This document shows positions 41,303-51,398 of a stretch of 64,000 nucleotides of DNA, piece after piece. The stretch comes from Candidatus Omnitrophota bacterium. GTDB taxonomy: Bacteria; Omnitrophota; Gorgyraeia; Pluralincolimonadales; Pluralincolimonadaceae. Within the stretch, counting starts at the first letter, position 1; every line of letters starts with the position of its first letter. Location of the stretch: contig CAISWF010000170.1 of the NCBI GenBank assembly GCA_903889135.1, positions 1,638-65,637 on the forward strand, in the 5' to 3' direction. Position numbers and translations under genes: made by a program. The notes under the pieces are model-generated. The model saw nothing but the letters and a program-made list of their open reading frames with translations. It made no database searches and was not told the DNA's origin.

Positions 41303-42088
41303 ATGAGCGCTTGGATAAGGATGCTGGGTGAAAGGTTCCTGAATTTTGTCCGTTATGCCGGCGGAGTATCCGTCCTCTTCGCGCGGACGATATTCTGGGT
41401 ATTCGTGCCGCCTCTCAAGGGCAGGCAGGTCCTTGACCAGATGGTCAGGATCGGCGTCGACAGCCTGCCGATAGTATTTCTTACCAGCCTCTTTACCGGC
41501 ATGGTCCTCGCCCTGCAGAGCGCTTACCAGATGCAGAAGATGGAGGCGAAGCTCTATATAGCGAGCCTCGTCGCGCTCTCTATCACGAGGGAATTAGGGC
41601 CTGTGCTGACCGCGCTTGTGGTCGCGGGTCGCGTCGGCGCCTCAATAGCCGCCGAACTCGGTACGATGAAGGTGACCGAGCAGATAGACGCGCTCGAGAC
41701 CCTGGCGACGAACCCGATAAAATATCTCGTGGTGCCCAGGTTCATCGCGCTGTTTTTCATGCTGCCGCTGTTGACGATATACGCCGACATCGTCGGAATA
41801 TTCGGCGGGTACATGATCGGCGTCTGGAGGCTGAATATACTCAGCAACCTTTATTGGGACATGACCTGGAGCCCGCTTCACATCAAAGATATAGTCACCG
41901 GCATCATCAAGGCCTTCGCTTTCGGCGTCATAATATGCATAGTGGCCTGCTACGAGGGTATGAGGGTCGAAGGGGGCGCCGAGGGAGTCGGCGCGGCGAC
42001 GACGAAGGCGGTCGTCATCGCGTTCATACTCATAATCGCGGCCGACTGCCTCTTTACCGCGTTGTTCTATTTTGGGTTTTCATTTTAA
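41303..42088 (+). CDS. mlaE: MlaE family lipid ABC permease
   Basis: RELGPVLTALVVAGRVGA, AELGTMKVTEQIDAL. Confidence 0.95.
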   Translation: MSAWIRMLGERFLNFVRYAGGVSVLFARTIFWVFVPPLKGRQVLDQMVRIGVDSLPIVFLTSLFTGMVLALQSAYQMQKMEAKLYIASLVALSITRELGPVLTALVVAGRVGASIAAELGTMKVTEQIDALETLATNPIKYLVVPRFIALFFMLPLLTIYADIVGIFGGYMIGVWRLNILSNLYWDMTWSPLHIKDIVTGIIKAFAFGVIICIVACYEGMRVEGGAEGVGAATTKAVVIAFILIIAADCLFTALFYFGFSF

Positions 42089-42092
42089 ATGA

Positions 42093-42156
42093 TGGCTTGG
42101 GTCATGGAGCGAAGAGAGATGATCCAATGCCAGGATTTAATCCCCGAGGGGATTAA
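42093..42156 (+). promoter_or_regulatory. Two tandem hairpins in the mlaE-mlaF spacer, the second covering the mlaF SD
   Basis: TGGC-TTGGGTCAT...ATGATCCAA-T-GCCA, then TTAATCCCC-GA-GGGGATTAA ending 3 nt before ATG. Confidence 0.5.
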
Positions 42157-42159
42157 CAT

Positions 42160-42909
42160 ATGATAGAACTGATCAATGTAAGCAAAGCGTTCGAGGACCA
42201 TGTGGTCCTCGATAACATGAACCTCACGATACAGGACGGCGAGACGATCGTCATTATAGGCCGTTCCGGCATCGGCAAGAGCGTCACGCTCAAGCATATA
42301 ATCGGCTTGATGAAGCCCGATTCCGGGCAGGTCATCGTCGACGGGCTGGACATAACCAGGCTCGACGCGAAAGGCCTTAACCAGCTGAGGACGAAATTCG
42401 GGATGCTCTTTCAGGGGGCGGCGCTTTTCGATTCGCTCAACGTGCGCGATAACGTGGCGTTCAATCTTATAGAGCATAGCAAGATGGACGATAAGGCCAT
42501 AGACAAGAGAGTGGCCGAGTGCCTGGAGCTCGTCGGCTTGCGCGGTATTGAACTCTTGAGCCCGGCAGAACTCTCCGGCGGCATGAGGAAGCGCGTAGGC
42601 CTTGCCCGCGCTATATGCATGAACCCGAAGATAATCCTTTATGATGAGCCGACGACAGGCGTTGACCCGATAATGGCCGACGCGGTAAACGACCTCATCA
42701 AGGACCTGCAGGCGAAACTGAAGACCACGGCTGTAGCCGTCACGCACGACATGACCTCCGCCTATAAGATAGCGGACAGGATCGCGATGCTCTATAAGGG
42801 AAAGATCGTAGAGATCGGCACTCCGGACGAGATAAAGAACACCAAGAGCCCTATCGTAAGACAGTTCATAACGGGCGCGGCTATTGGGCCGATAACAGAG
42901 GACTCATGA
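42160..42909 (+). CDS. mlaF: MlaF family ABC ATPase
   Basis: GRSGIGKS, LFQGAALFDSL, LSGGMRKRVGLARA. Confidence 0.93.
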   Translation: MIELINVSKAFEDHVVLDNMNLTIQDGETIVIIGRSGIGKSVTLKHIIGLMKPDSGQVIVDGLDITRLDAKGLNQLRTKFGMLFQGAALFDSLNVRDNVAFNLIEHSKMDDKAIDKRVAECLELVGLRGIELLSPAELSGGMRKRVGLARAICMNPKIILYDEPTTGVDPIMADAVNDLIKDLQAKLKTTAVAVTHDMTSAYKIADRIAMLYKGKIVEIGTPDEIKNTKSPIVRQFITGAAIGPITEDS

Positions 42910-42934
42910 TGATAATTTTTCCTAGGAGGCTCAA

Positions 42935-43645
42935 ATGAAGAGGATGGATCTGGAGTTCAAGGTCGGTATTTTCGTGGCGATAGGCATCGCCATCCTGATG
43001 TCCATGGTCTTTTCGCTGAAGGAGCTTAAACACGCCCAGCAGAACTATACGGTCAGGGTGCGTTTTGATTTTGCCAACGGCATCGAGGTCGCCGCTCCGG
43101 TAAGGGTGGCCGGCGTCCAAGTCGGCGAGGTGAAGAATATCGCGATCGCGGAGAATAAGGAAGCCAACAAGATGGCCGTCGACCTGTATATCGGGCTCGA
43201 CAAGAAGATAAAGATTGAGAAGGACTCCGAAGCGTTCATAAACACTCTCGGCCTTATCGGGGAGAAGTACGTTGAGATCCTTCCCGGCGCCCCGGGAGGC
43301 GAGGTGTTGAAACCGGGTGACGTGCTGGTGGGCAGGGAGTCGGTGCCGATAGAGAAACTGACCGAGAAGGGCTACGAAATAGCGAGCGGCCTGGGCGATA
43401 CGATAAAACATTTTAATAAACTTGTCGGCGACCCGGAGACACAGGCCGCGTTCAAGGCGACGATGCTAGACCTCAGGAAATTCATGGCGTCGGCGAACAC
43501 AGTCATGGACAAGGTCAAGGGAGGGGAAGGGACCGTCGGGAAGCTTTTTATGGACCAGGGCCTGTATGACGAGTTGGAGGCCTTCGTGAAGGATCTTAAG
43601 GCTCACCCCTGGAAACTGCTTTCGAAGCCGAGGGGAGAGAAGTAG
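42935..43645 (+). CDS. mlaD: MlaD/MCE domain protein
   Basis: KVGIFV anchor, GIEVAAPVRVAGVQVGEV, GLIGEKYVEI, helical tail GTVGKL...HPWKL. Confidence 0.92.
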   Translation: MKRMDLEFKVGIFVAIGIAILMSMVFSLKELKHAQQNYTVRVRFDFANGIEVAAPVRVAGVQVGEVKNIAIAENKEANKMAVDLYIGLDKKIKIEKDSEAFINTLGLIGEKYVEILPGAPGGEVLKPGDVLVGRESVPIEKLTEKGYEIASGLGDTIKHFNKLVGDPETQAAFKATMLDLRKFMASANTVMDKVKGGEGTVGKLFMDQGLYDELEAFVKDLKAHPWKLLSKPRGEK

Positions 43646-43678
43646 TAAAATAATAAAGGAAAGGAGGTGAGATAGAAA

Positions 43679-44671
43679 ATGCCATTTACGATCGTGCGCG
43701 CTTTTTTTGTACTTCTTTGCGGCCTGATGGGTTTCGGGATGGGGGATCTCTTCAAGACCCTGTTCGGAGATTTCGCCCCATATATCGGGATAGGCCTGGG
43801 CGTATTGCTCGGCGTTTTTATAATAGTGCTCGAATTGACATCTAAGAGGGTCTCGGTAAAAGGCCTTTCGGCCGCGGTATTCGGGATAGTATTCGGTATA
43901 TTGTTCGCGCGGCTTATAATAGAGGTATTCAAGCTGATGCATATGCCGGAGGACGTCAACGGCGTCCTCATAGTCATTTTCGCCTATCTAGGCATGGTCA
44001 TGGCGTTAAGGGGCAAGGATGAGTTCAATATAATAATCCCTTACGTCAAATTGAGGAGGGAAGACCAGCGCGAGGAGATCATAGTCCTCGATACATCCGT
44101 AATCATAGACGGCAGGATCGCCGACATATGCCATACGAAGTTCATAGAAGGTAAATTAGTCATCCCGAGGTTCGTTCTTAAGGAACTGCAGCAGATAGCC
44201 GATTCGGCGGACCCGATCAAGAGGAACCGCGGCAGGCGCGGCCTCGATATGCTCAACAAGATACGCAAGTCCGGACATATGGAAGTCAAGATCCATGAGG
44301 AGGACCTTCCGGAGATCCGCGATGTCGACGCGAAACTCATTAAACTCGCGAAGATGCTCAACGCCAAGGTATTTACCAACGACTATAACCTTAACAAGAT
44401 AGCAGAGCTTCAGGGCGTGTCGGTACTCAATATAAATGAGCTGGCCAACGCGCTGAAGCCCGTGGTCATACCGGGCGAATTGATGGAAGCGAAGATAGTG
44501 AAGGAAGGCAAGGAGTATAACCAGGCGGTCGCATATCTCGATGACGGTACGATGGTGGTCATCGATAACGCCAGGCAGCTGATAGGGCAGACGGTAAAGG
44601 TCATAGTCACGTCGGTCCTTCAGACGGCGGCGGGAAGGATGATATTCGCGAAAATGGAATCACAGCGATAG
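43679..44671 (+). CDS. Membrane PIN/TRAM domain protein (YacL-like)
   Basis: Four TM helices, [35 protein letters not shown]. Confidence 0.93.
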   Translation: MPFTIVRAFFVLLCGLMGFGMGDLFKTLFGDFAPYIGIGLGVLLGVFIIVLELTSKRVSVKGLSAAVFGIVFGILFARLIIEVFKLMHMPEDVNGVLIVIFAYLGMVMALRGKDEFNIIIPYVKLRREDQREEIIVLDTSVIIDGRIADICHTKFIEGKLVIPRFVLKELQQIADSADPIKRNRGRRGLDMLNKIRKSGHMEVKIHEEDLPEIRDVDAKLIKLAKMLNAKVFTNDYNLNKIAELQGVSVLNINELANALKPVVIPGELMEAKIVKEGKEYNQAVAYLDDGTMVVIDNARQLIGQTVKVIVTSVLQTAAGRMIFAKMESQR

Positions 44672-44681
44672 GAGGCCGAAA

Positions 44682-45374
44682 ATGAAAGTAGCTGCGATAG
44701 TGGCAGCGGCGGGAAAAGGCGAACGGCTCAAGTCAAAGGTCCAGACGCCTTTTGTGGCGCTCGGGAAGGACCCGATATTACTGCATGCGTTGAGGGTCCT
44801 CGATAATTCCAACCTGGTCGGCGAGATAATCGTCGTTGCCCATCAGGCTGACCTCCCGAAGGCGCGGCTGCTTCTCAAAAAGGCCAAACTTAAGAAATTC
44901 AAGGAACTCGTCGCGGGCGGGAAGCGCCGTATGGATTCCGTCAAGAACGGGCTTTCCGCCGTCAGCGAGGACGTCGATTATGTAATAATACATGACGGCT
45001 GCAGGCCGTTCATAGACAATAAGATGATATCTTCTGCGCTCGGCGCGGCCGAGATCTTCGGCGCGGCTATCACCGGTATGCCGGTAAAGCCGACCATAAA
45101 AGAGGTGGAGAAGGGGAATTTTGTCGCGGCGACGCTCAAGAGGGAAACGCTGGTTGATGTCCAGACGCCGCAGGCCTTCAGGAAGGACCTCCTTTTGAGG
45201 GCTTACGATAAGGCCTTATCCGAAGGCGCCGAAACCGCGGACGCGACCGACGATTCGGCGCTGGTCGAGAGGATGGGCATAAAAGTGAAGGTCGTGGACG
45301 GCTCATACAGGAACATAAAGATAACGACACAGGAAGACTTAAGATACGCCAAGATGCTCATGGGTGAAAAATGA
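44682..45374 (+). CDS. ispD: MEP cytidylyltransferase
   Basis: AAGKGER, IHDGCRP, QTPQAF, TDDSAL, NIKITT. Confidence 0.93.
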   Translation: MKVAAIVAAAGKGERLKSKVQTPFVALGKDPILLHALRVLDNSNLVGEIIVVAHQADLPKARLLLKKAKLKKFKELVAGGKRRMDSVKNGLSAVSEDVDYVIIHDGCRPFIDNKMISSALGAAEIFGAAITGMPVKPTIKEVEKGNFVAATLKRETLVDVQTPQAFRKDLLLRAYDKALSEGAETADATDDSALVERMGIKVKVVDGSYRNIKITTQEDLRYAKMLMGEK

Positions 45375-45847
45375 GAATAGGGCTCGGTTACGATATCCAC
45401 AGGCTTGTCGAAGGGCGCAAGCTCTTCCTCGGCGGCGTTGAGATCCCTTACATAAAAGGCCTGGAAGGCTATTCCGACGCCGACGTCCTTTTGCACGCGA
45501 TATGCGACGCGATATTGGGCGCCATGGGCAAGGACGATATCGGGATACATTTCCCGAATGACGACCCGAAGTTCAAAGGCATCAGCAGTCTCGAATTGCT
45601 GCACAAGGTCGCGGTGCTGGCGGAGGCGTCAGGTTTTAAGATAATAAACGTCGATTCGACGCTCATCCTGGAAGAGCCGAAGATCCTGCCTTTCAAGGCG
45701 AGGATGAAGAAGACGCTCGCCTCGGTGTTGGGGATAGATGAGGACCGGCTAAACATAAAGGCCACCACGCAGGAAGGCGTGGGCGCGATCGGCCGCGGGG
45801 AGGCGATAGCCGCTTACGCGGTAGCTTCTGTTGAGGAGATAAAATAG
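45371..45847 (+). CDS. ispF: MECDP synthase
   Basis: RIGLGYDIHRL, SDADVLLHA, DIGIHFP, NIKATT. Confidence 0.96.
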   Translation: MRIGLGYDIHRLVEGRKLFLGGVEIPYIKGLEGYSDADVLLHAICDAILGAMGKDDIGIHFPNDDPKFKGISSLELLHKVAVLAEASGFKIINVDSTLILEEPKILPFKARMKKTLASVLGIDEDRLNIKATTQEGVGAIGRGEAIAAYAVASVEEIK

Positions 45848-46558
45848 ATGGAAGTATTGTTGATAGTGATACTGGCGGTCATCGCGGCTGCGGTGATCAA
45901 GTTTTGGCTCATTTCGATAATATTCAGGCAGGAGATCAAGGCGGTCTTCGAGCGGGACCCGGCCGCGAAGAGCGCATTTGAGGTGATACTGCTTTATTCC
46001 GGCCTGCACGCCATCATATATTACAGGATGTCGCACGCGATTTATAGCGCGGGCATACCCCTGCTCCCGAGGATGATATCGCAATACGCGAGGTTCATGA
46101 CCGGCATAGAGATACATCCGGGCGCGACCATCGGCAAGGGCCTTTTTATAGACCATGGGATGGGGGTTGTTATCGGGGAGACGACGGTGATAGGCGATAA
46201 CGTCACCCTTTACCAGGGCGTGACCCTCGGCGGCACCGGCAAGGAGAAAGGCAAGCGCCATCCTACGCTGGGCAATAATGTCGTAGTAGGCACAGGCGCG
46301 AAGGTGCTTGGAAATATAAAGATAGGCAACGATGTCCTGATAGGCGCCAATGCCGTCGTCATCAGGGACGTGCCGGCTGATTCGACGGTCGTGGGCGTCC
46401 CCGGAAGGATCGTAAAACAGGAAGGTAAGATAGTGCACGGCATAAGGCTCGACCATACGAATATGCCTGACCCGCTTGTGCAGGCCTTGCAGCACCTGCA
46501 GGACGAGATAGACAAGATAAACGCACATATAAAGAAGCACCACCAGGACCCTGAATAG
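45848..46558 (+). CDS. cysE: Serine O-acetyltransferase with hydrophobic N-terminal extension
   Basis: [33 protein letters not shown]. Confidence 0.93.
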   Translation: MEVLLIVILAVIAAAVIKFWLISIIFRQEIKAVFERDPAAKSAFEVILLYSGLHAIIYYRMSHAIYSAGIPLLPRMISQYARFMTGIEIHPGATIGKGLFIDHGMGVVIGETTVIGDNVTLYQGVTLGGTGKEKGKRHPTLGNNVVVGTGAKVLGNIKIGNDVLIGANAVVIRDVPADSTVVGVPGRIVKQEGKIVHGIRLDHTNMPDPLVQALQHLQDEIDKINAHIKKHHQDPE

Positions 46559-46563
46559 ATTTC

Positions 46564-47997
46564 ATGCCCATCCTCATACATAACACCCTGACACGCAAAC
46601 TCGAAGAGTTCAGGCCCATCAGGGCCGGCGAGGCTCGCATGTACGTCTGCGGCGTCACCGTCTACGATGAATGCCACCTCGGCCACGCCAGGAGCGCATT
46701 CATATTCGATTTCATCAGGAATTACCTCGGGTACCGCGGATATAAGGTGACATTCATAAAAAATATCACGGATGTCGACGACAAGATCATAAACAGGGCG
46801 CGCACCGAGATCGCGGATAAAAAATCGCAGCTTTTCGGTAAAGACCTCAACTGCGCGGTAAAAGAGGTCGCCCATCGCTATACGGAGAGTTTTTACGGGG
46901 ACATGGGGTCCCTCGGCATCGCGAAAGCCGATAAGGAACCTAAGGCGACCGAGCACATAAAAGATATAATTAAAATGATAACCGCCCTTATCGATAAGGG
47001 CTGCGCGTATGCCTCGGGAGGGGACGTTTATTTCGACGTGAGGAAATTCGACGGTTACGGAAAGCTCTCGAACCAGGACAAGGACCAGATGCTGGAAGGG
47101 ACCCGGGCTGATACATCCGAAAAGAAAAGAGACGCCCTCGATTTCGCATTGTGGAAGTCGGCGAAGGCGAACGAGCCGGAATGGGATTCCCCGTGGGGCA
47201 AGGGCAGGCCGGGCTGGCACATAGAATGCTCGGCGATGTCTACCAGATACCTGGGCGACAATTTCGATATCCACGGCGGCGGCCGCGACCTCATCTTCCC
47301 GCACCATGAGAATGAGGTTGCGCAGTCGGAATGCGCGACAGGCAAGCCATTCGCCAATTACTGGATACATAACGGACTTTTGACGATAAACGGCGAGAAG
47401 ATGTCGAAGTCGCTCGGAAATTACGTTTCGATAAAGGACGTGCTCGCGCGTTACCCCTCGGACGTCCTGAAGATATTCTTCCTCGGGGCTCATTATTCTC
47501 ACCCGATAGATTTCACGTGGGAGAAGATGGATGTTGCGAAGAGCGCCTATGAAAGATTTCTCGTCTTGTTCGACAAGGCGGAAAGGCGCTTAGCCGGAAA
47601 GAAGGCGGCCGCGGCGAAAAGCCACAAAGAGATAGACGGATTTAGGGCCGCGTTCGAGGCCGGCATGGATGATAATTTCAATACGCCGGCGGCGCTTGGC
47701 GCGCTCTTCGATCTGGTCAATGCCGGCAACAAAATACTTGATAGAAATGAAGACGCTTCTGTGATAAAATATCTTGAATCCACCCTTCGGGAGCTGGGCG
47801 GTATCCTCGGCCTCAGCTTTAAGAACGCGTCAAACGGCATGTCGGATAACGAGATACAAGAATTGGTCGACGCCCGCATCGACGCGAAAAAAAAGAAAGA
47901 TTTCAAGGAATCCGACAGGATAAGGGAAGAGTTGGGCCGGAAAGGCATCATCCTGGAAGACGATAAAGAGAAGACTTACTGGAGGCGCAAGATATAA
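46564..47997 (+). CDS. cysS: Cysteine--tRNA ligase
   Basis: CGVTVYD, HLGH, GRPGWHIECSAM, FPHHENE, KMSKS. Confidence 0.98.
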   Translation: MPILIHNTLTRKLEEFRPIRAGEARMYVCGVTVYDECHLGHARSAFIFDFIRNYLGYRGYKVTFIKNITDVDDKIINRARTEIADKKSQLFGKDLNCAVKEVAHRYTESFYGDMGSLGIAKADKEPKATEHIKDIIKMITALIDKGCAYASGGDVYFDVRKFDGYGKLSNQDKDQMLEGTRADTSEKKRDALDFALWKSAKANEPEWDSPWGKGRPGWHIECSAMSTRYLGDNFDIHGGGRDLIFPHHENEVAQSECATGKPFANYWIHNGLLTINGEKMSKSLGNYVSIKDVLARYPSDVLKIFFLGAHYSHPIDFTWEKMDVAKSAYERFLVLFDKAERRLAGKKAAAAKSHKEIDGFRAAFEAGMDDNFNTPAALGALFDLVNAGNKILDRNEDASVIKYLESTLRELGGILGLSFKNASNGMSDNEIQELVDARIDAKKKKDFKESDRIREELGRKGIILEDDKEKTYWRRKI

Positions 47998-48930
47998 ATG
48001 GCACTTAAGGCGCGCACAAAAGAGACGCTTGCGGCGTATCTATTCCTCTCACCGAATCTGATCGGGTTCATGATATTTACTTTCCTGCCGGTTTTCGCGT
48101 CCCTGCTCTTGAGTTTCTACAAATGGGATATAACAACGACGCCTAAGTTCGTCGGCGTGCATAATTTCATCGACCTGCTCGGCTTCCATTCCGAGGGCGG
48201 CAGGCTTATCGTAAACGACCCCAAATTCTGGCAATATCTCTGGAACACCGCATTCATGATGTTCTCGATCCCGATATGCATGATGGCATCTTTGGGGCTG
48301 GCGATCGCGCTCAACCGCAAGGTAAAAGGCGAGTCAGTCTTCAGGACGCTCTTCTTCCTGCCTTCGATATGCCCGGGCGTGGCCGTAGCCATACTCTGGC
48401 TGTGGATATTCAATCCCGATTACGGGATGCTCAATAACATAATCTACTGGATAGGCAAGTTCCTCGGCTTCAATATACCCGGCCCGTTATGGCTTAATTC
48501 TCTGGGTTGGGCGAAGCCTTCTTTGATGCTCATGAATTTCTGGATCTCGATAGGCGGAATGAATATGATCCTTTATCTCGCCGCCTTACAGGGGATACCG
48601 AGAGATTTCTACGAGGCGGCCGAGATAGACGGCGCGAACGGCTGGCAGAAGTTCTGGGCGATAACCTGGCCCCAGATAAGCCCGACTACGTTCTTTATAT
48701 TTTTAATGAGCATAATCGGAGGGTTCCAGGGTGGTTTCATGCAGGCGTATATAATGACCGGCGGCGGCCCGGGCGGGGCGACGACCACTATAGAATATTA
48801 CATATTCAATAACCTTTATACCTGGCAGAACGTCGGTTATGCCTCGGCGATCGCATGGTCACTGTTCGTTGTGATATTCCTCTTTTCGCTCGTTAATTGG
48901 AGATACGGCGGTAAACTTATCCATTATTAG
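47998..48930 (+). CDS. Carbohydrate ABC transporter permease (MalF/UgpA-like)
   Basis: YLAALQGIP..YEAAEIDGA EAA loop. Confidence 0.93.
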   Translation: MALKARTKETLAAYLFLSPNLIGFMIFTFLPVFASLLLSFYKWDITTTPKFVGVHNFIDLLGFHSEGGRLIVNDPKFWQYLWNTAFMMFSIPICMMASLGLAIALNRKVKGESVFRTLFFLPSICPGVAVAILWLWIFNPDYGMLNNIIYWIGKFLGFNIPGPLWLNSLGWAKPSLMLMNFWISIGGMNMILYLAALQGIPRDFYEAAEIDGANGWQKFWAITWPQISPTTFFIFLMSIIGGFQGGFMQAYIMTGGGPGGATTTIEYYIFNNLYTWQNVGYASAIAWSLFVVIFLFSLVNWRYGGKLIHY

Positions 48931-48942
48931 GGGACGGATAAT

Positions 48943-49815
48943 ATGGCAGAAAAAAAGATAAGACATAAAAACGCGCTAGGTTCTAAGGAGAAAAGGCTGC
49001 AACTTTTTGCCTATGCGGTACTGGTCATCGGCGCCGTTTCGATGATACTGCCTTTCCTCTGGATGGCGACGACTTCGCTTAAGACGTTGGACGCGATATT
49101 CATCCAGCCCAAGAACTGGATACAGATGTTCGTTCCCACGATGTTCAAATGGGAGAACTACGCCGAGGCTTTTAAGGTGGTGCCGTTCGCGAAGTTCTAC
49201 CTGAACTCCATAATGGTCGGCCTCGCCGTAACGGCCGGGACGGTTTTCACGAGCGCCATGGCGGCCTACGCGTTCTCGCGCCTTACTTTCCCGGGCAGGG
49301 ACAAGCTATTCTTCGCGTACCTGGCGACGACAATGATCCCGGGAACGGTCACCATCATCCCCGTCTACGTCTTGATGAGGCTTTTCGGTTGGGTCGATAC
49401 GTATAAGGCGTTGATCATCCCGATGATATTTTCCGCTTGGGGGACGTTCATGCTCAGGCAGTTCTTTATGACATTACCGAAGGAACTCGAGGACGCGGCT
49501 AAGATAGACGGATGCGGTTTCTTCCGTATATTCTGGACGATAATATTGCCCCTCTCGAAACCGGCCCTTGCGACGTTGACCGTATTTACATTTATGGGTA
49601 ACTGGTCGAGTTTCATGTGGCCCCTGCTGGTCACCAACAGCGAGACCATGAGGACGCTGCCGATAGGCCTGGAATCGTTCAAGACGCAATACTCGACCGA
49701 CTGGCATCTCCTGATGGCGGGTTCGGTCATGGCTATGCTGCCCATCGTCATAATATTCATCTTTACCCAGCGTTTCTTCGTAGAATCTCTCAAGCTCACC
49801 GGCGTAAAAGGATAG
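48943..49815 (+). CDS. Carbohydrate ABC transporter permease (MalG/UgpE-like)
   Basis: LPKELEDAAKIDG, LSKPALAT, ends TGVKG. Confidence 0.93.
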   Translation: MAEKKIRHKNALGSKEKRLQLFAYAVLVIGAVSMILPFLWMATTSLKTLDAIFIQPKNWIQMFVPTMFKWENYAEAFKVVPFAKFYLNSIMVGLAVTAGTVFTSAMAAYAFSRLTFPGRDKLFFAYLATTMIPGTVTIIPVYVLMRLFGWVDTYKALIIPMIFSAWGTFMLRQFFMTLPKELEDAAKIDGCGFFRIFWTIILPLSKPALATLTVFTFMGNWSSFMWPLLVTNSETMRTLPIGLESFKTQYSTDWHLLMAGSVMAMLPIVIIFIFTQRFFVESLKLTGVKG

Positions 49816-49818
49816 CAT

Positions 49819-50433
49819 ATGTCGCGCGGAAGGTTCATCACGATCGAGGGGCCGGAAGGGTCGGGAAAATCTACGCATTCACGCCTGCTTTGCCTCCATC
49901 TGAAAAAAAAAGGCTTTAAGGTATTGCATGCGCGTGAGCCCGGCAGCACTAAGATAGGCGAGGCGATCCGCAAGATCCTGCTCGACAAAAATAACAAAAG
50001 GATGTCCGGCGCGTGCGAACTTTTCCTATTTCTTGCGGCACGCGCGCAGGTCGTCGACGAGATAATAAGGCCTGCGCTGGCCAAGGGATATATAGTGGTC
50101 TGCGACAGGTTCCATGACGCGACGGTCGCGTATCAGGGTTACGGCGCCGGCCTCGACCTTAAATTGATAGATTCGATGGGAAAATTTGCGACAGGCGGGC
50201 TTAAGCCCGACCTTACGTTATTGCTCGACGTGGAGACCGGGGCAGGGTTGAAACGCGGGGGCATAAAGGACAGGATGGAGATAAAACCCGTCCTTTTCCA
50301 CAAAAGGGTCAGGAACGGTTACCTGAAGATAGCGAAAAAGGAACCGCGCCGGATAAAGGTGATCCGGACGACCGACGCGCCGGTCGTCGCGGTCCGGGAT
50401 AAAATAAGAAGAGCCGTATCGGATGTCATTTAA
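49819..50433 (+). CDS. tmk: Thymidylate kinase
   Basis: EGPEGSGKST, REPG, CDRF, AYQG, PDLT. Confidence 0.96.
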   Translation: MSRGRFITIEGPEGSGKSTHSRLLCLHLKKKGFKVLHAREPGSTKIGEAIRKILLDKNNKRMSGACELFLFLAARAQVVDEIIRPALAKGYIVVCDRFHDATVAYQGYGAGLDLKLIDSMGKFATGGLKPDLTLLLDVETGAGLKRGGIKDRMEIKPVLFHKRVRNGYLKIAKKEPRRIKVIRTTDAPVVAVRDKIRRAVSDVI

Positions 50434-51388
50434 TAAGGTCATAGGGCAGGAGCATGCCGCAGGTCTTTTAAAAAAAGCGATAGAGGAGAAACGCCTCGCG
50501 CACGCGTATCTCTTTATCGGGCCGGAAGGCGTTGGCAAGTCGCTTCTCGCGAAGGTCTTCGCCAAGGCGCTCAATTGCGAAAAGGGCGCCGCCGATCCGT
50601 GCGGGGAGTGTATCTCCTGCAAAAAGATAGAAGGCAATATCCATCCCGACGTCGTAATCCTCTCGCCGGAAGGGAAATCGTCGCAGATAGGCATAGACGC
50701 GATCCGCAAGATAGGCGCGACGATGTCGCTAAAACCTTATGAGGGGCGGACGAAGGTCTTCATGATCGACGGCGCGGATAAGATGACCGAGGAAGCCGCG
50801 AACTCGTTATTGAAGACCCTCGAGGAGCCGCCGAAGGACACGGTCCTCGTGCTGCTTGCCTCGAACATGTTCAAGCTGCAGCCGACGATAGTGTCGCGGT
50901 GCCAGAAGGTGCTCTTCCATCCTCTTGGCGAGCGCGCGATAATGAAAGAGCTCATAGAAAGATACGGGCTCGACGAGAAGAAGGCGGCCTGCGTATCGAG
51001 ATTTTCCGAAGGGCGGCTCGGCAGGGCGATAGAGGTCCTCGAGGGCGAGGCGCTGGCCAAGAGGAACAAGGTAGTAGACGAATTTTTGACGCCGAAACAG
51101 TTCGGCTATGAGGATACATGGTTGTACGGCGAGCCGCGCGAGAAGATAAACGAGACATTGAACGCGCTGGCCGTATATTTCAGGGACCTGCTGGTCTTCA
51201 GTCTCTCGAAAGACCAGGGCCTGCTCGTCAACCTCGACAGGGCCGCGGATATATCGCGCGATGCCGCCAGATATCCCGCAGAGAGGCTCGAGAGGATAAT
51301 CGAGATAATCGCTGACACGCAGGAGCAGATAAAGAGGAACGCCAACATTAAGATCGCGCTCGCCTGCATGCGGATTAACATAACTTAG
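50423..51388 (+). CDS. holB: DNA polymerase III delta' subunit
   Basis: HAYLFIGPEGVGK, CGECISC, HPD, ANSLLKTLEEP, SRC. Confidence 0.95.
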   Translation: MSFNKVIGQEHAAGLLKKAIEEKRLAHAYLFIGPEGVGKSLLAKVFAKALNCEKGAADPCGECISCKKIEGNIHPDVVILSPEGKSSQIGIDAIRKIGATMSLKPYEGRTKVFMIDGADKMTEEAANSLLKTLEEPPKDTVLVLLASNMFKLQPTIVSRCQKVLFHPLGERAIMKELIERYGLDEKKAACVSRFSEGRLGRAIEVLEGEALAKRNKVVDEFLTPKQFGYEDTWLYGEPREKINETLNALAVYFRDLLVFSLSKDQGLLVNLDRAADISRDAARYPAERLERIIEIIADTQEQIKRNANIKIALACMRINIT

Positions 51389-51398
51389 GGGATATAAA

